Origin: Acidimicrobiia bacterium
Lineage (GTDB): Bacteria; Actinomycetota; Acidimicrobiia; Spongiisociales; ZC4RG35
Length of the DNA: 64,000 bases
NCBI GenBank assembly: GCA_025928935.1
Contig: JAICNB010000002.1
Location: forward strand, 7,496-71,495
Direction: 5' to 3'
The notes beneath the pieces were generated by a model. That model saw only the letters and a list, made by a program, of their open reading frames with translations, was not told where the DNA came from and ran no database searches. Within the stretch, counting starts at the first letter, position 1. Every line of letters starts with the position of its first letter. Shown one piece after another: positions 35,825 to 44,640 of this stretch. A program made the translations under genes and the position numbers.

Positions 35825-36528
35825 GGCTGCCCGTAATAGGCCAACGGCCCGTGCTTTCGGCTGAAGTGACGCCCCAATAGCGCCTCCTCGATCGGGCGGG
35901 TTCCCGGCTCGATTGCCATTGTGTGGAGGGCCAGCTCGGCCATGACCTCGATGGCCGCCGCCATCCTCACTGCGGCCGTGGCATCAGCGGCCCACGAAAA
36001 AGGCCCGTGAGAGGCGACCAGCGCTCCCGGCGCCTCATCGGGATCGAGCCCGCTCGGCCCGTACAACTCGAGGATCACGCGCCCGGTGTTGGCCTCGTAG
36101 TCGCCCGCGATCTCGTCATCGGTAAGCGGGCGGGTGACCGGGACGGGGCCCCGGAAGTGATCGGCATGGGTGGTCCCCAGACAGGGGATGGCGGTGCGGG
36201 CCTGAGCCCAAGCGGTGGCAAACCTGGAGTGGGTGTGGACTACCCCTCCGGCGTCCTCCATCCCGTTGTATATGGCGCGATGGGTCGGAGTGTCGGATGA
36301 AGGGCGGTTGTCCCCCCACACCACCTCCCCGTCATCGAGGGCGACCACCACGATGTCCTTCCCGGACACCTCCTCACATGGGATCCCGCTCGGCTTGATG
36401 GCGAAGACACCTTCGTCCCGGTCGACCTGACTCGCGTTGCCGAAGGCATGGACCACCAGCCCGGCCGTGGCGACCTCGTTGTTGGCCCTCGCCACCAGGT
36501 GACGCAGCTCGGCGTGGTCGCCCGGCAT
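35821..36528 (-). CDS. araD: L-ribulose-5-phosphate 4-epimerase
   Basis: Class II aldolase/adducin fold: FGNASQVDR...FAIKPSG...THRAIY...VVHTHS; 235 aa. Confidence 0.9.
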   Translation of the reverse strand: MPGDHAELRHLVARANNEVATAGLVVHAFGNASQVDRDEGVFAIKPSGIPCEEVSGKDIVVVALDDGEVVWGDNRPSSDTPTHRAIYNGMEDAGGVVHTHSRFATAWAQARTAIPCLGTTHADHFRGPVPVTRPLTDDEIAGDYEANTGRVILELYGPSGLDPDEAPGALVASHGPFSWAADATAAVRMAAAIEVMAELALHTMAIEPGTRPIEEALLGRHFSRKHGPLAYYGQP

Positions 36529-37553
36529 CAGCCAGGAGCCGGGCCCGTCGACTTGCGGATCACCAGGCTCGGTGACAGGACGACGCTCTCGAGCACTCCT
36601 CCGTCCTCGGGCTCGTCCATGGCCAGCCGAGCCGCCACCGCGGTCATCTCGTCGACCGGCATCCGCACTGTGGTCAGGGAGGGCACCGTGAAGCTGGCCA
36701 TGGGAATGTCGTCGAAGCCGACCACCGAGAGCGCGCCGGGGACCGGGACGCCCAGATCTCCGGCGGCATGGAGCACACCTGTGGCCAGGTGGTCGGTCGA
36801 GCAGACCACTGCAGTGGGCGGCGGGTCCAGAGCGAGGAGAGTGCGCAAGGCGGCATCACCCCCTGAAGGGTCGTTGCTGACGTTCTGAACGTATTCGTCG
36901 GGCACAGACACCCCGCTTTCCTCCAGGTACTCGCTGTAGGCGGTCCGTCGCTCCCGAATGTCACCCAATGGTCGTCCCCCGACGAAGGCGATCCGTGTAT
37001 GTCCCAAATCGATGAGATGGTCGAGGGCGGCCACCATCCCGGCCCGGTTGTCTATGTTGACCGTTGGCACGCCCTCGAGCTCGCTTCCATGCCAGAGGGC
37101 GATCACCGGAGTCTGGGAAGCGCGCAAATCGTCGAGGAACTTGGGCTCGTCACGCATGTCGCCGAGGAGGAGGATGGCGTCGCAATGCCGGGTCTCGAGG
37201 ACCGCCCGCAGGGCGATGGCCTCGTCGGCCTTGCTGTGGGCGCTCCCCAACACGACGTTGTAGCCGCGGGCCAGTGCCTCGGTCGACAGGGCCTCGATGG
37301 CCATCGCGAAGAACGGATCGGTGATCTCCCGAACGATCACGCCGAGCAACATCGTGCGGGCGCCTCGCAACCCACGTGCCAGCGGGTTGGGCCGGTAACC
37401 GAGTCGCTTGGCGACTTCCTGGACCCGCTCCCGTGTGTCTGCCGCGATGGGCACCGAAGTTGGGGTGTCGTTGAGCACCCGCGACACGGTCGATTGGGAG
37501 ACACCGGCGGCCTTGGCGATGTCCTGCATCGTTACCGGTCGTGAAGAGGTCAA
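36528..37553 (-). CDS. LacI-family transcriptional regulator (arabinose operon regulator candidate)
   Basis: The HTH is VTMQDIAKAAGVSQSTVSRVLN, followed by a periplasmic-binding-fold sugar domain. It is the first gene of the ara operon. Confidence 0.9.
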   Translation of the reverse strand: MTSSRPVTMQDIAKAAGVSQSTVSRVLNDTPTSVPIAADTRERVQEVAKRLGYRPNPLARGLRGARTMLLGVIVREITDPFFAMAIEALSTEALARGYNVVLGSAHSKADEAIALRAVLETRHCDAILLLGDMRDEPKFLDDLRASQTPVIALWHGSELEGVPTVNIDNRAGMVAALDHLIDLGHTRIAFVGGRPLGDIRERRTAYSEYLEESGVSVPDEYVQNVSNDPSGGDAALRTLLALDPPPTAVVCSTDHLATGVLHAAGDLGVPVPGALSVVGFDDIPMASFTVPSLTTVRMPVDEMTAVAARLAMDEPEDGGVLESVVLSPSLVIRKSTGPAPG

Positions 37554-37615
37554 CCTTCCCTTCCTCTCAGTTCGCGCACCTCGGGCCCTCCCCCGATCGG
37601 GACCGTTCTACTGGA

Positions 37616-37627
37616 TTGACACGTCAA
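37616..37627. promoter_or_regulatory. TTGACACGTCAA near-palindrome upstream of the LacI-family gene: candidate operator
   Basis: Inverted TTGAC/GTCAA half-sites about 63 nt upstream of the regulator start. A second dyad, ATGCTG-N11-CAGCAT, lies at 37691-37713. Confidence 0.3.
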
Positions 37628-37754
37628 GCTAACCGCCCCCTCGGGCAGCCGGGGCCGGTAGCCCTGTTAATCGGTGGCTGCGGGAACCAAATGCTGGATA
37701 CGAATGTCAGCATAGCGTTGCCTGCATAGGTTATCCATTTCGAGAAAACCCGAT

Positions 37755-38753
37755 TCAGGGAATGACCACCACCTTGATCCCCCGTCTCGTCACCAGGGTG
37801 TCGAAAGCCTCGGCCGCCCCGGCCAGCCCGTAGCGGTGGGTGATCAATCGATCGATGCCCGGGATGCCCCGCTCCGCCAGCACCGCGGCCCGGGCCAGGT
37901 CGCCGGGCAGCATCCGTCTGCACACCGTGAAGGTCAGTTCCTTGCGGCGGGCCAGGGAGGCGGTGAAAGACGTGCGATCACCGTCGGGGATGCCGACCAG
38001 AACCACCCGGCCACCAGGGCGAGCCGCCAACAGTGCTCGATGAAGGGCGGCGTCGGTGCCGGCCGTCTCGAAAACCACTTCGAAGCCGTGCCCGGCCGAC
38101 CCGACGAGCGGGTCGACCCTATCGTCACGGCTGGGCCCCCCGATGGCCTCGGTTGCCCCCAGATCCCGGGCCACCTCGAGCCGATGTGAAAGGAGGTCGG
38201 TGGCGACTATTCGGCCGGAGCCGAGATCCCGCAGCCCGGCGATGAGGAGCAGCCCGATGGGGCCACATCCGATGACCCCGATCGATGCGGCCTCCAGGGG
38301 ACCGGCCAGGTCGATGGCATGAAGGGAGACACCGAGCGGCTCGAGCAGGGCGCCCTCTTCGTCCGTGAGCCCGTCCGGAAGAGGGACCAGGCACCGCTCG
38401 GGCCACACCATGTGGCCACGGAGGGCCCCATCGCAGTTGTGCCCAGCGAATCGGAGGTGGGTGCAGAGATTGGGGCGGCCGACGATGCACTGCTCGCATT
38501 CGAGGCACGGGATGGCGGGATCGACGGCGACCCTCCGGCCCCGGTTCGGCCCGGACCCGACCAACGCCGAGAACTCATGCCCGAGGACCAGCCCCTGACC
38601 GACGGCTGCATCTCCGATGCTGCCCTCTCGGTGCCAATGGCCGTCCGAGCCACAGAGGCCCACCGCAAGCACCTCGAGCAGCACCTCGCCCTCATCCGGC
38701 TCAGGCAACGGGAGATCGACGCGTTCCAGGGTGCCCGGGCCGGTCAGCCTCAT
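37755..38753 (-). CDS. Zinc-dependent alcohol/polyol dehydrogenase (MDR family)
   Basis: ATG at 38753 gives MRLTGPG...GLCGSDGHW...GHEFSA...CLECEQC...GCGPIG. Confidence 0.85.
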   Translation of the reverse strand: MRLTGPGTLERVDLPLPEPDEGEVLLEVLAVGLCGSDGHWHREGSIGDAAVGQGLVLGHEFSALVGSGPNRGRRVAVDPAIPCLECEQCIVGRPNLCTHLRFAGHNCDGALRGHMVWPERCLVPLPDGLTDEEGALLEPLGVSLHAIDLAGPLEAASIGVIGCGPIGLLLIAGLRDLGSGRIVATDLLSHRLEVARDLGATEAIGGPSRDDRVDPLVGSAGHGFEVVFETAGTDAALHRALLAARPGGRVVLVGIPDGDRTSFTASLARRKELTFTVCRRMLPGDLARAAVLAERGIPGIDRLITHRYGLAGAAEAFDTLVTRRGIKVVVIP

Positions 38754-38794
38754 GGCAGGGGTGGTGGCTGGGCTCAACTCATCGTCAGGGCGGT

Positions 38795-39748
38795 TCAGGA
38801 GGCGGAGTCCACGCCCGGTCTGACCACCTCTATCAGCTTTTCCATGGTCTCCCGGTCGTAGGGAGCGGGCATCTCGACCAGCACCGTGTCGAAGCCGACT
38901 TCCCGATAGGCCAGGAACCTCTCCGTCATCTCTGCCGCGGTCCCGACCCAGAAGGTGTCGTCGTCCTCGATGTTCGCCATCGGAGTCCGATTGTGCTCCA
39001 TGAGGTCCTCGAGGACCCTTCGTGCCTCGGCCTCGTTGTCCCTGATCACGATCTTCCCACCCACGGTGCGCTCTATCCCGGTGTGATCGCGCCCCACGGC
39101 CTCGCAGTGGGTCTTCAGCACCGTGTTCTTGTGGGCCAGGACCTCGGGGCTCCCGAACGCATTCCACTGGTCGGCGTAGGCCGCCACCGTGCGGAGTGTC
39201 TTCTTCTCGCCCGAGCCCCCGATCATGATCGGGAGATGGGTCTGAACCGGGCGAGGGTTGAGCTTCAGGTTGTGAAAGTCGTACCTGCCCCCACCATCGC
39301 TGGTGACCATCTCACCGTCGAGCAGGGCTCGGATGGCGGCCGTGGCCTCGTCCAGCCAGTCGAGCCGCTGGCCGAAGCCGGAGCCGAAGTCGATGCCGAA
39401 GGCCTCGTGCTCGATGCCGAACCATGCGCCACCCAGCCCGAGGATGGCCCGTCCCCCGCTCATGTGGTCGACGGTGACGACCGACTTCGCGACGATTCCG
39501 GGGTTGCGGAAGGTGTTGGCCCCCACAAGGAGACCGATATCGGCGCGTTCGGTGCCCATGGCCAGCCCGGCGAGGGCGGTGTAACCCTCGACGACGGGTT
39601 GGTCCGGGTCGCCGAAGATCGCATACACGTGGTCCCAGGTCCAGATCGAGTCGTAACCCAACTGGTCGGCCCGTTGCGCCGAGGTCAGGAAACCGTCCCA
39701 GTCGGTGGCCTGGCTCCACAGGACGGCGCCCAGCTTGAACTGCGTCAC
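38795..39748 (-). CDS. LLM class F420-dependent oxidoreductase
   Basis: QLGYDSIWTWDHV...GLGGAW...PIMIGGSGEKKTLRTVA, the same family as 18840-19682. Confidence 0.85.
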   Translation of the reverse strand: MTQFKLGAVLWSQATDWDGFLTSAQRADQLGYDSIWTWDHVYAIFGDPDQPVVEGYTALAGLAMGTERADIGLLVGANTFRNPGIVAKSVVTVDHMSGGRAILGLGGAWFGIEHEAFGIDFGSGFGQRLDWLDEATAAIRALLDGEMVTSDGGGRYDFHNLKLNPRPVQTHLPIMIGGSGEKKTLRTVAAYADQWNAFGSPEVLAHKNTVLKTHCEAVGRDHTGIERTVGGKIVIRDNEAEARRVLEDLMEHNRTPMANIEDDDTFWVGTAAEMTERFLAYREVGFDTVLVEMPAPYDRETMEKLIEVVRPGVDSAS

Positions 39749-39845
39749 GGATAGCTCCCCTCTCTGGCGCGTGGTGAGAAATTCACGGTAGCAATTTCAA
39801 TATGTAGCATACGAATTCATGGCCCCTTCCCGGACGTCGACGCCG

Positions 39846-40676
39846 ATGAAGATCGTCGTCACAGGAGGGAGCGGGAAGGCCGGTCGGTGGGTGGTGGAAG
39901 ATCTTCGCCGGCAGGGCCACGATGTGAGGAACGTCGATTGGTCCCATGACGGGAGCGAGCACGGGCTCTGTCTCCTGGCCGACCTGACCGATCCCGGTCA
40001 GGCCCAGGAGCTGATCGCCGGTTACGACGCCGTGCTCCATCTCGCCGCGATCCCGGCGCCCGGGATCCGCTCGGAGGCCGAGACCTTCCGGATCAACACG
40101 GTGTCGACCTTCAACGTGTTCGCCGCCGCGGTGGCAGCCTCGGCCGAGCGAGTGGTATGGGCCTCGAGCGAGACGGTGCTCGGTCTCCCATTCGACACGC
40201 CGCCACTATTCGCCCCGATCGACGAGACGATCGAGCCGCGTCCTGAGAGCTCCTACGCCCTCTCCAAGCTGGTCGGCGAGGAGATGGCGTCACAGTTCGC
40301 CCGGCGGAGCGGCGTCCCGTTCGTCGGCCTCCGCTTCTCCAACATCATGGAGCCTCCTGACTACCAGCAGTTTCCCGGCTTCTGGGACGACCCGTTGCTG
40401 CGCAAGTGGAACCTGTGGGGATACGTCGATGTTCGCGATGTGAGCCAGGCGGTCCGCCGCTCACTGGAGACCCCCATCAGGGGCTCCGACGTCTTCATAA
40501 TCGCAGCAGCGGACACCGTGATGACCCGGGACTCTTCCGACCTCCTGGCCGAGGTCTATCCCGACGTCCCTCTCCAGCGTGAGGTGAATGGGCGTGAGAC
40601 CCTTCTCGCCATCGACCGGGCCCGGGAGACGCTCGGCTACGAGCCCGAACATGGCTGGGAGGAGCACCACTCGTGA
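39846..40676 (+). CDS. NAD-dependent epimerase/dehydratase
   Basis: MKIVVTGGSGKAGRWVV Rossmann motif and catalytic YALSK. ATG at 39819 is an alternative start. Confidence 0.8.
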   Translation: MKIVVTGGSGKAGRWVVEDLRRQGHDVRNVDWSHDGSEHGLCLLADLTDPGQAQELIAGYDAVLHLAAIPAPGIRSEAETFRINTVSTFNVFAAAVAASAERVVWASSETVLGLPFDTPPLFAPIDETIEPRPESSYALSKLVGEEMASQFARRSGVPFVGLRFSNIMEPPDYQQFPGFWDDPLLRKWNLWGYVDVRDVSQAVRRSLETPIRGSDVFIIAAADTVMTRDSSDLLAEVYPDVPLQREVNGRETLLAIDRARETLGYEPEHGWEEHHS

Positions 40677-42565
40677 GCAAGCCGTTCGACGGCCGGCCCG
40701 TGGTCCCCGGCTCGGGCCGGCTCAGACCACTTGGCATCGACGAAGCCGAGATCACCGGCGGCTTCTGGGGCGATCGCCAGGAGGTCAACTCCTCGGCGAC
40801 GATCGAGCACTGCCACGACTGGATGGAGCGCCTGGGCTGGGTAGGGAACTTCCGCGCCGCCGTCGAGGGCCGGCTTCCACAGGACCGAAACGGCGTCGTC
40901 TTCACCGACTCCGACATCTACAAGATGATGGAGGGGGCCGCATGGGAGGTGGGGAGGTCGGGCTCATCCGACTCCGACCATCGCTTCTCCAGCCTCACCT
41001 CGGTGATCGCCCCCGTTCAGGAGCCGGACGGGTACCTCAACACCGTGTTCGGCCGGCCGGGGCAACCCGACCGCTACAGCGACCTGGAATGGGGCCACGA
41101 GCTCTACTGCTACGGCCACATGCTCCAGGCTGCGGTGGCCCGGGCGCGCACCGGCCACGACGACGAGTTCGTGGACGTCGCCCGACGGGTTGCCGACCAT
41201 GTGTGCAACACCTTCGGCGGCGGAGGGATCGAGCGGGTGGGGGGTCATCCCGAGATCGAGCTCGGGCTGGTCGAGATGGCCCGCCTCACCGGGGAGGAGA
41301 GGTACCTGCATCAGGCGAAGCTGTTCATCGACCGCCGCGGGCACCAGACCCTGGCCGACATCCACTGGGGTCGGTCCTACTTCCAGGACGACGTCCCGGT
41401 CAGGGATCAGGTGGCATTCACCGGCCATGCCGTCCGGGCGCTATACCTGGCCTCGGCCGCGGTCGACGTCGCCGTCGAGACCGGGGACGAGGTCCTGCTC
41501 GAGGCGATAGTCCGCCAGTGGGAGCAAACCATCGCGAAACGGACCTACCTGACCGGCGGGATGGGCTCACACCACGACGGTGAGAAGTTCGGTGAGAACT
41601 TCGTGCTGCCCCCCGACCGGGCCTACTCCGAGACATGCGCCGGGATCGCCTCGGTGATGCTCGCGTGGCGCCTGCTCCTCGCCACCGGAGAGACCAGGTA
41701 CGCCGATCTCGCCGAGCGCACCCTGCTCAACGTGGTCGCCACCTCCCCCGCCCCCGATGGTCGCGCCTTCTTCTACGCCAACCCCTTGCATCAGCGGGTG
41801 CCCGGTGTCGTGCCATCGCCTGACTTCGTCAGCAACCGCGCCGCCTCCAGCCTTCGGGAGCCGTGGTTCGCCGTCTCCTGTTGTCCCACCAACGTGGCCC
41901 GCACATATGCGTCTCTCGCCGCATACCTGGCCACCAGTGACGACTCAGGCCTTCAGATCCACCAGTACGCCGAGAGCCGGATATCCACCACGATCGGGGG
42001 CGGGCGGCGGGTGGGTGTCGAGATCACCACGGCCTATCCCGACGAGGGCCCGATCTCGATCAGGGTGACCGAGACCGATGGCTCGCCCTGGGCCTTGACC
42101 CTCAGGGTCCCGCCCTGGTCGCGGGAGGCCTCGGTCGAGGTGGGTGGCGAGCGCCGACAGGTCGGGCCGGGCCAGGTCGTGGTCGAGCGCGGCTTCGCCG
42201 TCGACGATGTGGTGGCACTGGAGCTCGACATGACGCCGAGGTGGACGTGGCCGGATCCCCGCGTCGATTCGATCCGGGGGTGTGTCGCCGTCGAGCGCGG
42301 CCCACTGGTGCTGTGTGTGGAATCCGTCGACCTGCCCGGGGGACAGTCGGTGGACACGCTTCGGGTCGACCCCGGCTCGGATCTGGAGGAGAGTGACGGC
42401 GCCGTGAGAGCACGGGGGAGCCTGCTGACGTTCGAGGACCGGCCATGGCCCACGCCCGGCCCGGTCGTCTCGGGGAGCTCGGAGGTGGCCGTCCCGCTCA
42501 CTCCGTACCACCGCTGGGCCAATCGGGGGCCATCGACGATGCGGGTCTGGATGCCCGTCGGATAG
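40673..42565 (+). CDS. Glycoside hydrolase family 127 (beta-L-arabinofuranosidase, DUF1680)
   Basis: 630 aa, GGFWGDRQEVN...TDSDIYKMMEGAAW...GHEIELGLVEMARLTGE... as in HypBA1-type enzymes. GTGA overlap with the epimerase gene. Confidence 0.85.
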   Translation: MSKPFDGRPVVPGSGRLRPLGIDEAEITGGFWGDRQEVNSSATIEHCHDWMERLGWVGNFRAAVEGRLPQDRNGVVFTDSDIYKMMEGAAWEVGRSGSSDSDHRFSSLTSVIAPVQEPDGYLNTVFGRPGQPDRYSDLEWGHELYCYGHMLQAAVARARTGHDDEFVDVARRVADHVCNTFGGGGIERVGGHPEIELGLVEMARLTGEERYLHQAKLFIDRRGHQTLADIHWGRSYFQDDVPVRDQVAFTGHAVRALYLASAAVDVAVETGDEVLLEAIVRQWEQTIAKRTYLTGGMGSHHDGEKFGENFVLPPDRAYSETCAGIASVMLAWRLLLATGETRYADLAERTLLNVVATSPAPDGRAFFYANPLHQRVPGVVPSPDFVSNRAASSLREPWFAVSCCPTNVARTYASLAAYLATSDDSGLQIHQYAESRISTTIGGGRRVGVEITTAYPDEGPISIRVTETDGSPWALTLRVPPWSREASVEVGGERRQVGPGQVVVERGFAVDDVVALELDMTPRWTWPDPRVDSIRGCVAVERGPLVLCVESVDLPGGQSVDTLRVDPGSDLEESDGAVRARGSLLTFEDRPWPTPGPVVSGSSEVAVPLTPYHRWANRGPSTMRVWMPVG

Positions 42566-42608
42566 GCTCGACCCGACCGAGGGGGGAGGGATAGCACGCT
42601 CCCTGCGG

Positions 42609-43433
42609 TCAATCCGTCTCGGCAACTCGCAGTTTGGGGAAGTCTCGCTCCAGCCCTGGAGCGACTACCTGATACAGCTCTTCCGGCTCGGGAAGCCCAT
42701 GGAGCGAGACGGCACCGAGCGACTCGAGCCCGATTCGGGACGGGAGATCGCCGAGCTCGTCGCGGGTGGCCGAACTGACGAGGATCTGGCCACCATGGCC
42801 TGCGCTGCACACCCGCGCCGCGACATGCACTGGGAGGCCCACATAGCCCGTATCGGTGAGCGACGGGCTGCCGCTGTTGAGCCCAATCCGGACGCGGATG
42901 CGACGCCCACCGGGCCAGGACATCGCATCCATCGACTTCTGAATCTCGATGGCGGCATCGAGGGCGTCCCGGGCCCGGGCGTGGGCCGCGAAGAACTCGT
43001 CGGCGCGGGCATCGACCTCGTAGCCGCCGTGGGCGCCGATCGTCCTTCTGACCAGGTCCCGCACAGCCTCGAGCAGAGGGGGATAGAGGTCCCCGAGCTC
43101 TCGGACCAGCCCGGTCGACGCTTCGATGTCGGTGAGGAGCAGAGTGATCATCCCGGAAGGCAGGTCGGCAGAGCCCGACTGCGAGGCCTCCCGTAGCCGG
43201 CGGGTGACGAATCCGACAGGGGCGATCCCGTAATCGGTAGCGGCTTTGAGCAATCTTCGGAACGCCTTCTCCCGTGCCTCGTCGCTCTCGAACTTGACCT
43301 GGTTGAACCGGGACAGGGCGTTACGCACATGAGCCTCGTCGTTGATCGGCAGTCGACGGTTGCCCTTCGAGTCGATGTAGGCGAAGGCGTTGTTGGGAAG
43401 GCTCGCCCGCTTCTTGGCATCGAGTGTTGCCAT
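42609..43433 (-). CDS. Fusion protein: short N-terminal LPI-x-D-x-AHVRNA domain (DUF6582-like) plus class III nucleotidyl cyclase-like domain
   Basis: The N-terminus is KKRASLPNNAFAYIDSKGNRRLPINDEAHVRNALSRFNQV. The cyclase-like part is ITLLLTDIEASTGL...ADEFFAAH...VRIGLNSG...GLPVHVAARV...GGQILVS. Confidence 0.8.
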   Translation of the reverse strand: MATLDAKKRASLPNNAFAYIDSKGNRRLPINDEAHVRNALSRFNQVKFESDEAREKAFRRLLKAATDYGIAPVGFVTRRLREASQSGSADLPSGMITLLLTDIEASTGLVRELGDLYPPLLEAVRDLVRRTIGAHGGYEVDARADEFFAAHARARDALDAAIEIQKSMDAMSWPGGRRIRVRIGLNSGSPSLTDTGYVGLPVHVAARVCSAGHGGQILVSSATRDELGDLPSRIGLESLGAVSLHGLPEPEELYQVVAPGLERDFPKLRVAETD

Positions 43434-43446
43434 GGGAGAACGGTAG

Positions 43447-44637
43447 GTGGGCGAGCACGAGACGAGTGCGGCGACCCACTACCGCGCACTTTTTGCGTTG
43501 GGCCACCGATCTGCTGTGCTGTGCTCCCCTGCTGTCAGCCTTGTCTTGAGATCCACCCGCCTCGTCGCGGTAGTCGTTGTGGCCCTGGTCCTCTTCGGAG
43601 GACTCTTCGCCTGGCGCCTCTTCGGCGAGCCACCGCCCGAGGCAGGCCCTGCCGGCACCTTCCTGCCCGGCGATCAGGGCCGGGTGGGCTATGTGGTCAC
43701 CCGCGAAGGGACGACCCTCTCTCCCGAGCTGGAGGGAACGGGCGATCTGATCGCGGCCGGTCTGATCTTCCCGGTCTCCGCAGAGGCGTCGGGGGCATTC
43801 GAGGTGCTCGACAACTGCAACCGCACCGGATGGGTGGCAGTTGAGGATGTCGACGCGGGGGTCGTCCCCACGGCTAAGGGTGAGGACATGGCCGGTTCGG
43901 TCTTCGTGATCGACCCCGGGCACGGTGCTCCCGATCTCGGAGCGGTCGGCCCTGGTGGTCTGACCGAGGCCAAGGCGAACATCGACGTCTCGTCACGTGT
44001 CATCGAGCTCCTCTCGGATTCACGTGACATCGACTGGGTGTCGGGATCAGTCACACGGGGCACCACCTATCACGCCGCGGCCGTCGCGATATCGACGAGG
44101 TCGGCGGACGGCCCGAATGGAGGGGACTACGAGCTCGGGCTCACCTTCCGAGCCGAACTGGGCAATGCCGTGGATGCGACGGCCCTCGTGTCCATTCACC
44201 ACAACACTCAGCCCACCCACAACACGGAAGGCCCGGGAACGTCGGCATTCGTCTCCGTCGACAACGAAGAGTCGCCACGTCTCGGGGGCCTCCTCGTCGA
44301 CGAGGTCAGACGGTCGCTATCCGGCTTCGAGGCGGATTGGGTGGGCGGCAATTCCAGCCTCGTGGCCCGTGTGGACGAGAATGGCGAGGACTACTACTCG
44401 ATCCTGGCAGGGTCGGATATCCCCGCCGCGATCATCGAAGGCGCCTACATCTCCAACCCATCCGAGGAGGAGCTGATCGCCACCGATCCATTTCGCCAGG
44501 CCTATGCCGAAGGCGTCTACCGCGCCCTCGTCCGTTTCGTCCTCACCGACGACTACCCCATACCACAGCCCGAGCCCGAGCTCTTCGACCCCGACGCCCC
44601 GCCCCGCTCCATGGACGACTGCGTCACTCCTCGCTGA
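43447..44637 (+). CDS. N-acetylmuramoyl-L-alanine amidase (Amidase_3) with N-terminal membrane anchor
   Basis: VFVIDPGHGAPDLGAVG...LVSIHHN...EGAYISNPSEEE. The start is uncertain: in-frame GTG/TTG codons between 43447 and about 43550 precede the anchor LVAVVVVALVLFGGLFAW. Confidence 0.8.
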   Translation: MGEHETSAATHYRALFALGHRSAVLCSPAVSLVLRSTRLVAVVVVALVLFGGLFAWRLFGEPPPEAGPAGTFLPGDQGRVGYVVTREGTTLSPELEGTGDLIAAGLIFPVSAEASGAFEVLDNCNRTGWVAVEDVDAGVVPTAKGEDMAGSVFVIDPGHGAPDLGAVGPGGLTEAKANIDVSSRVIELLSDSRDIDWVSGSVTRGTTYHAAAVAISTRSADGPNGGDYELGLTFRAELGNAVDATALVSIHHNTQPTHNTEGPGTSAFVSVDNEESPRLGGLLVDEVRRSLSGFEADWVGGNSSLVARVDENGEDYYSILAGSDIPAAIIEGAYISNPSEEELIATDPFRQAYAEGVYRALVRFVLTDDYPIPQPEPELFDPDAPPRSMDDCVTPR

Positions 44638-44640
44638 CCC

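Noticed and set aside
39749-39845. AT-rich divergent spacer with GAAATT-N9-AATTTC and GAATTC elements as a specific operator.
   Set aside because: The repeats are short (6 bp), no regulator gene is adjacent, and the composition is what one expects for a divergent promoter region. The evidence is not strong enough to call.
43434-43560. c-di-AMP (ydaO) riboswitch upstream of the cell-wall amidase.
   Set aside because: The region is too short and lacks the pseudo-two-fold ydaO architecture and conserved motifs as far as I can see. Only one hairpin plus a T-run is present.
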